Of a stretch of 64,000 nt of DNA, positions 50,007 to 62,129 are shown piece by piece. Made by a program: the position numbers and the translations under genes. Where the stretch lies: the NCBI GenBank assembly GCA_965227515.1, contig CBDDFZ010000001.1, positions 3,168,001-3,232,000 of the forward strand, written 5' to 3'. Below the pieces are notes generated by a model, which was given only the letters and a program-made list of their open reading frames with translations, did not search any database and was not told the origin of the DNA. The first letter of the stretch is position 1, and each line of letters begins with the position of its first letter. The stretch comes from Alphaproteobacteria bacterium. Lineage in GTDB: Bacteria > Pseudomonadota > Alphaproteobacteria > CALKHQ01.

Positions 50007-50618
50007 ATGCTGTCGCTCAGCCAGTTCGACGACTCCAGCGAGGATGACGGCACGGTCTTTCGCGATGTCATCATGCTGGTGCTGTTCGGGTTCGTGACCA
50101 TCGTCGTGCTGCTGCTGCCGCACCTGAACCCACCGGTCGAGCCGGCCGAGGACATCCAGACGCCCGGCAACATCATGGTGGAAGTGCGCTGGCCCGACGA
50201 CGTCGACGCCGATGTCGACCTTTGGGTCGAGGCACCCGGCGATGTGCCGGTGGGTTATTCCAACAAGGACGGCCAGTACTTCAACCTGCTGCGCGACGAT
50301 CTAGGCCAGCGCAACGACCCGGCCGGCCTCAACTATGAGGTCGCGTTCAGCCGGGGGGTGCCCGAGGGCGAGTACACCGTCAACCTTCACCTCTACCGCA
50401 AGCGCGGCGACATCGGCCCGGTCGAGGTGGTGGTCGTCGTCTCGATCCGCGACGACGAGACCGACAAGACGATCCACTTGCTGGACCGCACCGTTACCCT
50501 GTCCAACCTGGGCGAGGAACTGACCGTCGTGCGCTTCAGCCTGGACGAGGACGGCGAGATGGTCGAGGGCAGCATGCACAATCTGCAGCGCAACCTGCGC
50601 ACGTCGAGTGCGGGCTGA
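50007..50618 (+). CDS. Single-TM partner with TM-proximal Asp and YfaP/DUF2135-like domain
   Basis: FRDVIMLVLFGF helix; W..DADVDLWV..P..GY..K..L.RDDLG..E..GEYTVNLHLY. Confidence 0.8.
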   Translation: MLSLSQFDDSSEDDGTVFRDVIMLVLFGFVTIVVLLLPHLNPPVEPAEDIQTPGNIMVEVRWPDDVDADVDLWVEAPGDVPVGYSNKDGQYFNLLRDDLGQRNDPAGLNYEVAFSRGVPEGEYTVNLHLYRKRGDIGPVEVVVVVSIRDDETDKTIHLLDRTVTLSNLGEELTVVRFSLDEDGEMVEGSMHNLQRNLRTSSAG

Positions 50619-50636
50619 GGCGGGCCGGAGAAACCC

Positions 50637-51110
50637 ATGGAACCTGCGATCCCGATCTTCTTCGCCATTGTCGCCCTCGGCACCGCGCTGGCGACCCTGA
50701 CCATTTGGTCGCGCCGCCGGCCGGCCGCGAAGGTCGCGGCGGTCGGTCTGACGGGCGCCCTGTTCATCTCAGGTTACTTCTCGCTAGTCGAGCTGTTGGG
50801 CCGGCCAAAGCCGATCGACCTGGAATGGGGGCAGCCGGACCTGGCCGACGCCACGGTGCTTGGCTCCGACATGCGCGAGGACGAGGCGATCTATCTGTGG
50901 CTGCGTTTCGACGGCGTGGACGTGCCGCGGGCCTATGTGCTGCCGTGGAGCCAGGATCTGGCGCAGCAGCTCCAGTCAGCCACGCGCCAAGCCGAGGAGG
51001 ACGGCACCGAGGTGCGCATGCGCGAACCGTTGAACGGCGATCGTCCGGACGACGAGGAGCCGGTCTTCTATGCCCAGCCGCAATCGCCGCTGCCGCCTAA
51101 GCCCGCCTGA
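50637..51110 (+). CDS. Two-TM hypothetical protein
   Basis: Two N-terminal TMs; LGRPKP, AIYLWL, PRAYVLPW; Pro-rich C-terminus. Confidence 0.8.
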   Translation: MEPAIPIFFAIVALGTALATLTIWSRRRPAAKVAAVGLTGALFISGYFSLVELLGRPKPIDLEWGQPDLADATVLGSDMREDEAIYLWLRFDGVDVPRAYVLPWSQDLAQQLQSATRQAEEDGTEVRMREPLNGDRPDDEEPVFYAQPQSPLPPKPA

Positions 51111-51362
51111 TTGCGATTACCCGAAACGACGCCAACAACCGCAATATTGATCTGGAAATTCGTGGCTGGTTGAAACTATCTGGCAATTTGTCGGCGGGTA
51201 TACCGACAAACACTTGATTTCCGGGCGTTTGCGGCACATCTTCCAGACACAGCATACGATTCATTTCGGTGCCGGCACATTGCGCGTGGTTCATGAAAAC
51301 TTCATCACGTCGCGCGCGCCTGCCACTTCTCATACACACTCACACCTGTTGCAGGGGGATTG

Positions 51363-52895
<1,533 letters not shown>

Positions 52896-52954
52896 TTGCC
52901 GCGCACGCCTGACGACACCAAGCCCGACGACCACCCAGACGGAGAGCGGATGTC

Positions 52955-53194
52955 ATGCAAACGATCTTTGTCATGGTGAAGTGCGAACTCGGCCGCGCCT
53001 ATGACGTGGCCGACGAGGCGGTCGCGGTCGAGGGCGTTTCGGAAGTTTATTCTACATCAGGGCAGTATGACCTGTTGTTGAAGTGCTATCTGGACGATGA
53101 CGACGACATCGGCCACTTCGTCAACAACGAGGTCCAGAAGCTGAGCGGGGTGAAGGACACCTTCACCCTCATCACCTTCAAGGCATTCACCTGA
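52955..53194 (+). CDS. Stand-alone Lrp/AsnC ligand-binding domain protein
   Basis: VSEVYSTSGQYDLL, GVKDTFTLI; no HTH. Confidence 0.88.
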   Translation: MQTIFVMVKCELGRAYDVADEAVAVEGVSEVYSTSGQYDLLLKCYLDDDDDIGHFVNNEVQKLSGVKDTFTLITFKAFT

Positions 53195-53216
53195 CCGCCC
53201 CCTGGCGGCCCTTCCC

Positions 53217-53996
53217 ATGACCTCTCTGGCAGGCAAGACCGCACTGGTCACCGGCGGCAACCGGGGCATTGGCGCGGCGATTGCCGATGCGCTGGCCGGC
53301 CAGGGCGCCGATATCTGGATCACCGGCCGCGACAAGGCGGCGTTGTCCGCGACCGCGGCCGACATTGCCGCCCGGCACGGCGTCTCGGTCGAGCAGGCGG
53401 TGTGCGACGTCACCGACCGCGCGGCGATTGCCCGTCTGGCGGACGCCGTGAAGGCCACGGGCACCGACCCGGACATCCTGGTCAACAACGCCGGCGTTGC
53501 CCACAGCGCGTCCTTCGAGCGTCTGGACCCGGCGGACTGGGACCGATTGCTCGCCACCAACCTCACCAGCGTTTTCGCGCTGACCCAGGCCTTCATCCCC
53601 GCCATGCGCACCGCCGGCTTCGGCCGCGTGGTCAATATCGCGTCGATCGCCGGGCTGCAGGGCTATGGCTACATCGCTGCCTATTGCGCCGCCAAGCACG
53701 GGCTGATCGGGCTCACGCGCGCGCTGGCCGTGGAGTACGCCCGCACCGGCGTCACGGTGAACGCGGTCTGCCCCGGCTACACCGACACAGCCCTGGTGAC
53801 CGACGCGGTCGCCCGCATCGTCGACAAGACCGAGATGTCGCCCGACAAGGCCCAGGCGGCGCTGATCGCAGACATGCCGATGGCCCGCCTGGTGACCCCG
53901 GCGGAGGTGGCGGCGGCCGTGGTGTGGCTCTGCGGGCCGGGCAGTGACGTCGTCACCGGCACCTCGATTCCGGTCGCTGGCGGCGCGGTGATGTGA
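53217..53996 (+). CDS. Short-chain dehydrogenase/reductase
   Basis: TGGNRGIG, NNAG, YCAAK. Confidence 0.93.
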   Translation: MTSLAGKTALVTGGNRGIGAAIADALAGQGADIWITGRDKAALSATAADIAARHGVSVEQAVCDVTDRAAIARLADAVKATGTDPDILVNNAGVAHSASFERLDPADWDRLLATNLTSVFALTQAFIPAMRTAGFGRVVNIASIAGLQGYGYIAAYCAAKHGLIGLTRALAVEYARTGVTVNAVCPGYTDTALVTDAVARIVDKTEMSPDKAQAALIADMPMARLVTPAEVAAAVVWLCGPGSDVVTGTSIPVAGGAVM

Positions 53997-54066
53997 GCCC
54001 GTGCCACGGCATTTGCCCGCGAGCCATTTACCGGTGACATTTTAGGCAGCCGCGCCATACTTCGGC

Positions 54067-54924
54067 ATGGACTCAGCCGCCTTGCCCGCCCTTGCCAGCC
54101 TGCGCTTCGCCATAGCCGACCCGGCAACCCATGCCGCCGCGCATTTCGACTGGCGGGTGGCCGGCGCGGTCGGCCATGTCACGCTCGCCCGGCCGGAGCG
54201 CAAGAACCCCCTCACCTTCGAGTCTTATGCCGAGTTGCGCGACCTGTTTCGCGCTCTGGCCGACAACCGCACCGTCAAGGCCGTCGTCATCAGTGGCGCC
54301 GACGGCAATTTCTGCTCCGGCGGCGACGTGCACGACATCATCGGCCCGCTGGTCGGCGCCGACATGTCGGGCCTGCTGGCCTTCACCCGCATGACCGGCG
54401 ACCTGGTGCTGGCGATGCGTGCGTGCCCGCAGCCCATCGTCGCCGCCATCGACGGTGTCTGCGTCGGCGCCGGCGCGATCCTGGCGATGGCGTCGGACAT
54501 GCGTTTCGGCACCGCCGACAGCAAGGTCGCGTTCCTGTTCAGCCGGGTCGGCCTTGCCGGCTGCGACATGGGGGCGTGCGCGATCCTGCCGCGCATCGTC
54601 GGCGCCGGGCGGGCGGCGGAACTGCTCTACACAGGCCGCAGCATGGATGGCACCGAGGCCGAGCGCTGGGGCTTCTACAACAACCTATTTGCGCCCCAGG
54701 ATGTGGTCGATCACGCCTTGGCGATGGCGGAACGACTGGCCGGCGGCCCCAGCTTCGCGCACGCCATGACCAAGCGGATGATGCACCGCGAGTGGGATAT
54801 GTCGATCGAGGCGGCGGTCGAGGCCGAGGCCCAGGCGCAAGCGATTTGCATGCAAACGCGCGATTTCGAGCGTGCCTATCGCGCCTTCGTCGCCAAGCAG
54901 CGCCCCATCTTCGAGGGCGACTGA
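54067..54924 (+). CDS. Enoyl-CoA hydratase family protein
   Basis: [32 protein letters not shown]. Confidence 0.92.
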   Translation: MDSAALPALASLRFAIADPATHAAAHFDWRVAGAVGHVTLARPERKNPLTFESYAELRDLFRALADNRTVKAVVISGADGNFCSGGDVHDIIGPLVGADMSGLLAFTRMTGDLVLAMRACPQPIVAAIDGVCVGAGAILAMASDMRFGTADSKVAFLFSRVGLAGCDMGACAILPRIVGAGRAAELLYTGRSMDGTEAERWGFYNNLFAPQDVVDHALAMAERLAGGPSFAHAMTKRMMHREWDMSIEAAVEAEAQAQAICMQTRDFERAYRAFVAKQRPIFEGD

Positions 54925-56093
54925 TGGCCGACGCGGACTATCTGGACTGGCCGTTCTTCGACGACAGCCACCGCGACCTCGCCGGCGGCATCCGCGGCTG
55001 GGCGGCGGCGCATGCCGGCGGCGACCATGGCGACGATGTCGACGGGACCTGCCGCGGGTTGGTCGCCGGCCTGGGGGCGGACGGCTGGTTGCGCCATGCG
55101 GTGCCCGATGAGGGCGACCGCCACGATGTGCGCTCCATCGCGCTGATCCGCGAGGCGCTGGCCTACCAGGACGGGCTGGCGGACTTCGCCTTCGTCATGC
55201 AAGGGCTTGGCACCGCCGCCGTGCACCGCTTCGGCACGCCGGCGCAGCGGGACGCGATCCTGGGCGGCGCGCGGGACGGCACTGCCATCGCCGCGCTGGC
55301 GATGACCGAGCCGCAGTCCGGTTCCGACGTTGCCAACATCCAGGCCACGGCCAGGCGCACCGACGGCGGATATGTGCTCGATGGCACCAAGCGCTACATC
55401 TCCAACGCCGGGCTCGCCGACTTCTACCTCGTGCTCGCGCGCACTGGAGAGGCACCGGGCGCCAAGGGCCTGTCGATGCTGCTGGTCCCGGCCGATGCGC
55501 CCGGGCTGAGCTTGGGCACCCGCCACGCAGTGATGGCCCCGCACCCGCTGGGCGATATCGAATTCCGCAACTGCCAGGTGCCCGACGATGCCGTGATCGG
55601 CGTTGCCGGCGACGGTTTCAAGATCGCAATGTCGGTGCTGGACAGCTTCCGCGCCTCGGTCGGCGCCGCCGCCCTGGGCTTCGCGCGCCGCGCCCTGGAT
55701 GAGACGCTGGCCTGGAGCGAGCAGCGCCAGATGTTCGGCGGTCGCCAGAACGACCTGCAACTGGTGCAGGCCGCCATCGGCGACATGGCGACGGCCATAG
55801 ATGCCGCCGCCCTGCTGGTCTATCGCGCGGCGTGGCGGCATGATACCGGGGCTGCGCGGGTGACCCGCGAAGCCTCGATGGCCAAGCTCTTCGCCACCGA
55901 GGCAGCGCAACAGGTGGTCGACACCGCGGTCCAGCTTCACGGCGGCGCGGGCGTGATCGCCGGAAATGTGGTGGAGCGGCTCTACCGCGAGGTGCGGGCG
56001 CTGCGCATCTATGAGGGCGCGTCGGAGGTGCAGCGGCTGATCGTCGGCGGCCAGGTCCTGCGCGCGGCGCGTGACACGGCGAACGGAGACTGA
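54924..56093 (+). CDS. Acyl-CoA dehydrogenase
   Basis: AMTEPQSGSD, LDGTK.YISN, ASMAK, QLHGG, RIYEGASEVQ. Confidence 0.93.
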   Translation: MADADYLDWPFFDDSHRDLAGGIRGWAAAHAGGDHGDDVDGTCRGLVAGLGADGWLRHAVPDEGDRHDVRSIALIREALAYQDGLADFAFVMQGLGTAAVHRFGTPAQRDAILGGARDGTAIAALAMTEPQSGSDVANIQATARRTDGGYVLDGTKRYISNAGLADFYLVLARTGEAPGAKGLSMLLVPADAPGLSLGTRHAVMAPHPLGDIEFRNCQVPDDAVIGVAGDGFKIAMSVLDSFRASVGAAALGFARRALDETLAWSEQRQMFGGRQNDLQLVQAAIGDMATAIDAAALLVYRAAWRHDTGAARVTREASMAKLFATEAAQQVVDTAVQLHGGAGVIAGNVVERLYREVRALRIYEGASEVQRLIVGGQVLRAARDTANGD

Positions 56094-56095
56094 AG

Positions 56096-57751
56096 GTGCA
56101 CCCCAGCGGGCATGTCGACACATTCGCGCGCGATAACCTGCCGCCGGCCGACCAGTGGCCGGTGATCGAGACCGGCGGGCTTGCCGCACTGGACTATCCG
56201 GCCCGGTTCAACGCCGCCGATGTGCTGCTGGGCGATGCGCTGGCCGCCGGCCACGGCAACCGGCCGGCGATCCACTGGCCCGGCGGGCGCTGGAGCTATG
56301 CCGAGCTTGCCGCCGCCGTCGACCGTATTGCCCACGTCATCGTGCAGGACATGGGTGTCGTGCCCGGCAACCGTATCCTGCTCCATGGCGGCAACAGCCC
56401 GATGCTGGCGGCGGCATGGCTCGCCATCGTTAAGGCCGGTGCCATCGCGGTCGCCACTATGCCCCAGCTCCGCGCCCGCGAGCTGGCCAAGATCGTGACC
56501 AAGGCCGAGGTCGATTTCTGCCTGTTTCAGAATGACTTGAAGGCCGAAATTGATGGCATGATCGAGCTGACCGGCCGCGACGTGAAGAGCGTTGCCTTCA
56601 ATGGCGATGGGGCTGGCGATGGCTCTGGCGACCTCGCCAAGCGCATGGCCGCGCACGATGCGCCGTTCGCGGCGGCCGACACGGCGTCGGACGATGTCTG
56701 CATCATCGCCTTCACCTCGGGCACCACCGGCCAGCCCAAGGGCACGCTGCATTTCCACCGCGACATGCTGACGATCTGCGACACCTTCTCCAAGCTGGTG
56801 CTGGAGCCGGTGGCCGACGACATCTTCATCGGCTCGCCGCCGCTGGCGTTCGCGTTCGGCCTTGGCGGGCTGCTGCTGTTCCCGATGCGCGCGTTCGCTT
56901 CCACCGTGCTCGGCATCAAGCCTGGCCCGCCGGCCCTGGCCGAGGCGATCGGCGTGTTCGGGGCGACGGTCTGCTTCTCCGCCCCCACGGCGTTTCGCGC
57001 CATGCTCGACCCGGCGTCGGCGCCGTACCTGAAGACCCTGCGCAAGTGCGTGTCGGCCGGCGAGACCCTGCCGGCGCCCGTCTACGAGCAATGGCGCGAG
57101 ACCACCGGCATCTCGATCATCGACGGCATCGGCTCGACCGAGATGTTGCACATCTTCATTTCCGCCCGCGAAGTCGACATGCGGGCCGGCGCCACCGGCA
57201 TCGCCGTGCCCGGCTACCGCGCCCAGGTCGTCGACGAGGACGGCAACCCCGTGTTCGCCGGCACGGTTGGGAAACTGGCCGTGCGCGGGCCCACCGGCTG
57301 CCGCTATCTGGCCGACGACCGGCAGTTGTCCTATGTCCAGAACGGTTGGAACCTGACCGGCGACGCCTATCTGATGGATGAGGATGGGTATTTCGTGTTC
57401 CAGGCCCGCACCGACGACATGATCGTCTCGTCGGGCTACAACATCGCCGGGCCGGAGGTTGAATCGGCGCTTCTGGAACACCCCGGCGTGTCGGAATGCG
57501 CTGTCGTCGGCGCGCCGGACCCGCAGCGCGGCCACATTGTAAAGGCCTATGTCGTGCTGCGCGATCCGGATGAGGCCGGCCCCGAAACTGCCAAGGCGCT
57601 GCAGGATTTCACCAAGAGTGTCATCGCCCCCTACAAATATCCCCGCGCCGTGGAGTTCGTCGCCGAACTGCCGCGCACGCCGACCGGCAAGGTCCAGCGC
57701 TTCCGCTTGCGCGAAGATGCCGCCGGTCGTGGTGGGCCGGGGCGTGGCTGA
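56096..57751 (+). CDS. Aryl-CoA ligase (2-aminobenzoate-CoA ligase-like)
   Basis: HVDTFARDNLPP, FTSGTTGQPKG, DGIGSTE, GPTGCRYL, YKYPR. Confidence 0.88.
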   Translation: MHPSGHVDTFARDNLPPADQWPVIETGGLAALDYPARFNAADVLLGDALAAGHGNRPAIHWPGGRWSYAELAAAVDRIAHVIVQDMGVVPGNRILLHGGNSPMLAAAWLAIVKAGAIAVATMPQLRARELAKIVTKAEVDFCLFQNDLKAEIDGMIELTGRDVKSVAFNGDGAGDGSGDLAKRMAAHDAPFAAADTASDDVCIIAFTSGTTGQPKGTLHFHRDMLTICDTFSKLVLEPVADDIFIGSPPLAFAFGLGGLLLFPMRAFASTVLGIKPGPPALAEAIGVFGATVCFSAPTAFRAMLDPASAPYLKTLRKCVSAGETLPAPVYEQWRETTGISIIDGIGSTEMLHIFISAREVDMRAGATGIAVPGYRAQVVDEDGNPVFAGTVGKLAVRGPTGCRYLADDRQLSYVQNGWNLTGDAYLMDEDGYFVFQARTDDMIVSSGYNIAGPEVESALLEHPGVSECAVVGAPDPQRGHIVKAYVVLRDPDEAGPETAKALQDFTKSVIAPYKYPRAVEFVAELPRTPTGKVQRFRLREDAAGRGGPGRG

Positions 57752-57762
57752 TTGATGGCCGC

Positions 57763-58563
57763 GTGACGACACACGATCCATTCGCACCGCCGCCGCGCCA
57801 AAAGGGGACCAGGCGGCGGGAGCCGATCTTCAATGCCAAGGGCCGCGGCTTCACCCTTGGCTTCGCGCTGGCCTGCGTTGCGGTCTACCTGTTCCAGCAG
57901 GCGGCGGGCCTGCGCGAGACCCGCGACCTGTTCGAGGCGTTCGGCCTGGTCCCCTACTACTTCCTGCTCGGCATAGACGTTACATATCATGGGGTTATCG
58001 TCCCTTCTTGGGCCAATATCCTCACCCATATGCTACTGCACGACGGGTTCTGGCACCTGGCACTGAACATGCTGGCGCTGGTGTCGTTCGGCGGCATGGT
58101 GGAGCGCACCATCCGCACCTGGCGCATGGCTGTGTTGTTCCTGGTCGGCGGGGTGGTGGCCGGCCTGGCCGAGGTATGGCTCAGCTCGGAGCAGTTCATC
58201 CTGATGGTCGGTGCCAGCGGGGCGATCTTCGCCGTGGTCGGCGCCTATGTGATGCTGTGGCCATTCACACGGGTCTATCTGTTGGTGATCCCGATGCCGG
58301 GCTGGGTGCTGCTGGCGGTGATCGTGGTGCTGCACCTGGTGCTCGGCTACGGCCTGCAGCTCGGCGGCATCGCCTGGTGGGCGCATATGGGTGGGCTGGC
58401 CGCCGGCATGCTGCTGATCCTGGTATTGCGGCCGCGCGGCGTGGTGCTGTTCCAGCAACCGCCGCCCCCGCCCCCGATACGCCGGCGCCGCCCGACGATG
58501 TTCCCGCCCTCCGGCGGTTCGTCGCCCTCAGGCAAGGAGCCCGGCGGCCGCCCCCTGCCCTGA
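57763..58563 (+). CDS. Rhomboid intramembrane serine protease
   Basis: H..WHL..NM, GASG, AHMGG. Confidence 0.92.
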   Translation: MTTHDPFAPPPRQKGTRRREPIFNAKGRGFTLGFALACVAVYLFQQAAGLRETRDLFEAFGLVPYYFLLGIDVTYHGVIVPSWANILTHMLLHDGFWHLALNMLALVSFGGMVERTIRTWRMAVLFLVGGVVAGLAEVWLSSEQFILMVGASGAIFAVVGAYVMLWPFTRVYLLVIPMPGWVLLAVIVVLHLVLGYGLQLGGIAWWAHMGGLAAGMLLILVLRPRGVVLFQQPPPPPPIRRRRPTMFPPSGGSSPSGKEPGGRPLP

Positions 58564-58660
58564 CTTGGCCGATACCTGATCGCACCCGGGCTCCCGCATT
58601 CGGCTGCATGGCCGGGGCCGCAACCCGTGTATACTCGGGGGGATTCGGAGGGGAGCGCGC

Positions 58661-60151
<1,491 letters not shown>

Positions 60152-60193
60152 TGCCGCTATCCCCCGCCCCCCTGGCCAACCCCCCGAAGGTGC

Positions 60194-61882
60194 ATGCCTG
60201 ACGACACAGCCCTGACACATCTGGTGATCCTGTTCGCCGCGGCGGTCATCGTGGTGCCGCTGTTGCGTTACGGCAAGGCGAGCCCGGTGCTGGGCTTCCT
60301 GTTGGCCGGCGTGATCGTTGGGCCTTCGGGTTTCGAGCTCGTGCCGGAATCGGAGCTGACGGCCACGCTGGCCGAGTTCGGCGTGATGTTCCTGCTGTTC
60401 GCCATCGGGCTGGAACTTTCCATCGAGCGCCTGCGGGCCATGCGCTACCTGGTGTTCGGGCTGGGCGCGGCGCAGTGCGCGGCCTGCGCCATCGTCATTG
60501 GCGGGTTTGTCTATCTGATGGGGGCGGGCGGAGCGGCGTCCATACTTATCGGTGCGGCCCTGGCCTTGTCGTCCACGGCGTTCGTCATGCAACTCCTGGA
60601 CGAGCGCGGCGAGCTGGCCTCCCAGCACGGCCGATCCGCGTTTGCCATCCTGCTGTTCCAGGACCTGGCCGCCGTGCCGCTGATCGCGTTGGTCGGCGTC
60701 CTGGGTGGCGATGCCGCCGAGATCGGCATGGCGGTGCTGACCACGTTCGGTGTCGCGCTGGGCGTTTTCGCCGGCATCCTGATTATCGGCCGGGTGGTGC
60801 TGCGCCCTGCCCTGCGGCTGGTCGCAACCAGCCGCAGCGCGGAGATCTTCACCGTCGTGACCCTGCTGCTTGTGATCGGTACCGGCTGGCTGACCCACCT
60901 GTTCGGGCTCTCCATCGTGCTCGGCGCGTTCCTGGCCGGCATCCTGCTGGCCGAGACCGAATACCGGCACCAGGTGGAGGCCGACATTCGGCCATTCCGC
61001 GGCGTGCTGCTGGGGCTGTTCTTCACCACCATCGGCATGTCCATCGACCTGTCGGTGGCGATGGAGCGCTGGGGCGAGCTGGTCCTCATCGTGCTGGGCC
61101 TGATGCTGACCAAGGCGCTGCTGATAACCCTGGTGGCCTGGGTTTCGTCCCGGCGATGGACCGATGCGGTGCGCACTGGCGTATTCCTGGCCCAGGGCGG
61201 CGAGTTCGCCTTCGTCGTTTTCGAACTGGCCGGCCGCGAGGGCCTGATCGAGGCCGACTTGCGGCAGATCCTGGTCGTGTCGGTCGCGGTCTCAATGCTG
61301 CTGACGCCGCTGTTGGTCGGTGGGGCGGCGCGCGCTATCCGTCATGTCGAAGCGAAGCGGCGCGGCGACCAGAAGTTTGCGGCGCCGGATGCCGAGGACG
61401 TCCAGAACCATGCCCTGATCGCTGGCTTTGGCCGCACCGGGCGCACGATCGCGGAGATCCTGGTGCGCCAGGGCTTCAACTACGTGGCGCTGGACCAGGA
61501 CCCCGCCGCCGTGGCGGAGGCGCGCAGCAAGGGCTTGCCGGTCTACTACGGCAACGTGAACCACTCCCACGTCTTGGAGGGCGCCGGCATCGCCCATGCC
61601 CAGGTCGCCATCGTCACCGTCAACGACACCATCGCGGCCGAGCGCACCGTGCACGCCATCAAGCGGGATTGGCCGCGCCTGCCGATCATTGCACGCGCCA
61701 AGGATGTTCCGCACGCCGAGCATCTGCAGCGCGCCGGCGCCGCCGTGATCGTGCCGGAGGTGCACGAGGCGAGCCTGCGCCTGGGCACCGAGGCATTGAC
61801 CAAGATGGGCCTGAGCCGCGAGGAAGCGCATCTGGTGATCGAGGACTACCAGACGCTGTTCAAGGACGCATGGCCGCATTGA
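60194..61882 (+). CDS. CPA2 Kef-type K+/H+ antiporter with TrkA-N domain
   Basis: LALSST, ILLFQD, LAQGGEFAFV, GFGRTG. Confidence 0.92.
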   Translation: MPDDTALTHLVILFAAAVIVVPLLRYGKASPVLGFLLAGVIVGPSGFELVPESELTATLAEFGVMFLLFAIGLELSIERLRAMRYLVFGLGAAQCAACAIVIGGFVYLMGAGGAASILIGAALALSSTAFVMQLLDERGELASQHGRSAFAILLFQDLAAVPLIALVGVLGGDAAEIGMAVLTTFGVALGVFAGILIIGRVVLRPALRLVATSRSAEIFTVVTLLLVIGTGWLTHLFGLSIVLGAFLAGILLAETEYRHQVEADIRPFRGVLLGLFFTTIGMSIDLSVAMERWGELVLIVLGLMLTKALLITLVAWVSSRRWTDAVRTGVFLAQGGEFAFVVFELAGREGLIEADLRQILVVSVAVSMLLTPLLVGGAARAIRHVEAKRRGDQKFAAPDAEDVQNHALIAGFGRTGRTIAEILVRQGFNYVALDQDPAAVAEARSKGLPVYYGNVNHSHVLEGAGIAHAQVAIVTVNDTIAAERTVHAIKRDWPRLPIIARAKDVPHAEHLQRAGAAVIVPEVHEASLRLGTEALTKMGLSREEAHLVIEDYQTLFKDAWPH

Positions 61883-61920
61883 TGGCGCCATCGCTTGCAC
61901 TGCAAACGAAAAACAGACTT

Positions 61921-62099
61921 GTCGCCCTCGCCCTTGTGGCGAGGGCCCATTTATGTCCGATACGCCAATGGGTTATCGCAATGACATTGGCTGAGGGGGC
62001 AGCCGTATGCCGGGCGCTGATGCACCATGATCGAACGCCATGAAGCACCGTTCGAGCCCCGCATTTGGGAGGGGCCCTTGCCACAAGGGCAAGGGCGAC
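61921..62099. repeat. Inverted pair of 28-bp REP-like hairpins
   Basis: GTCGCCCTCGCCCTTGTGGCGAGGGCCC (61921-61948) and an inverted copy (62072-62099) with 2 differences. Confidence 0.85.
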
Positions 62100-62129
62100 G
62101 AGGTATGACGGCTGAGACGTGAGCTTGGA

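Noticed and set aside
49220-51110. Calling the module Zorya, flagellar motAB or exbBD/tolQR
   Set aside because: No long ZorA tail, no OmpA-like domain, and no zorC/D/E, tonB, tolA or flagellar genes adjacent.
44427-51300. Prophage or integrative element at tRNA-His
   Set aside because: No integrase, phage genes or duplicated tRNA 3' end were found by eye.
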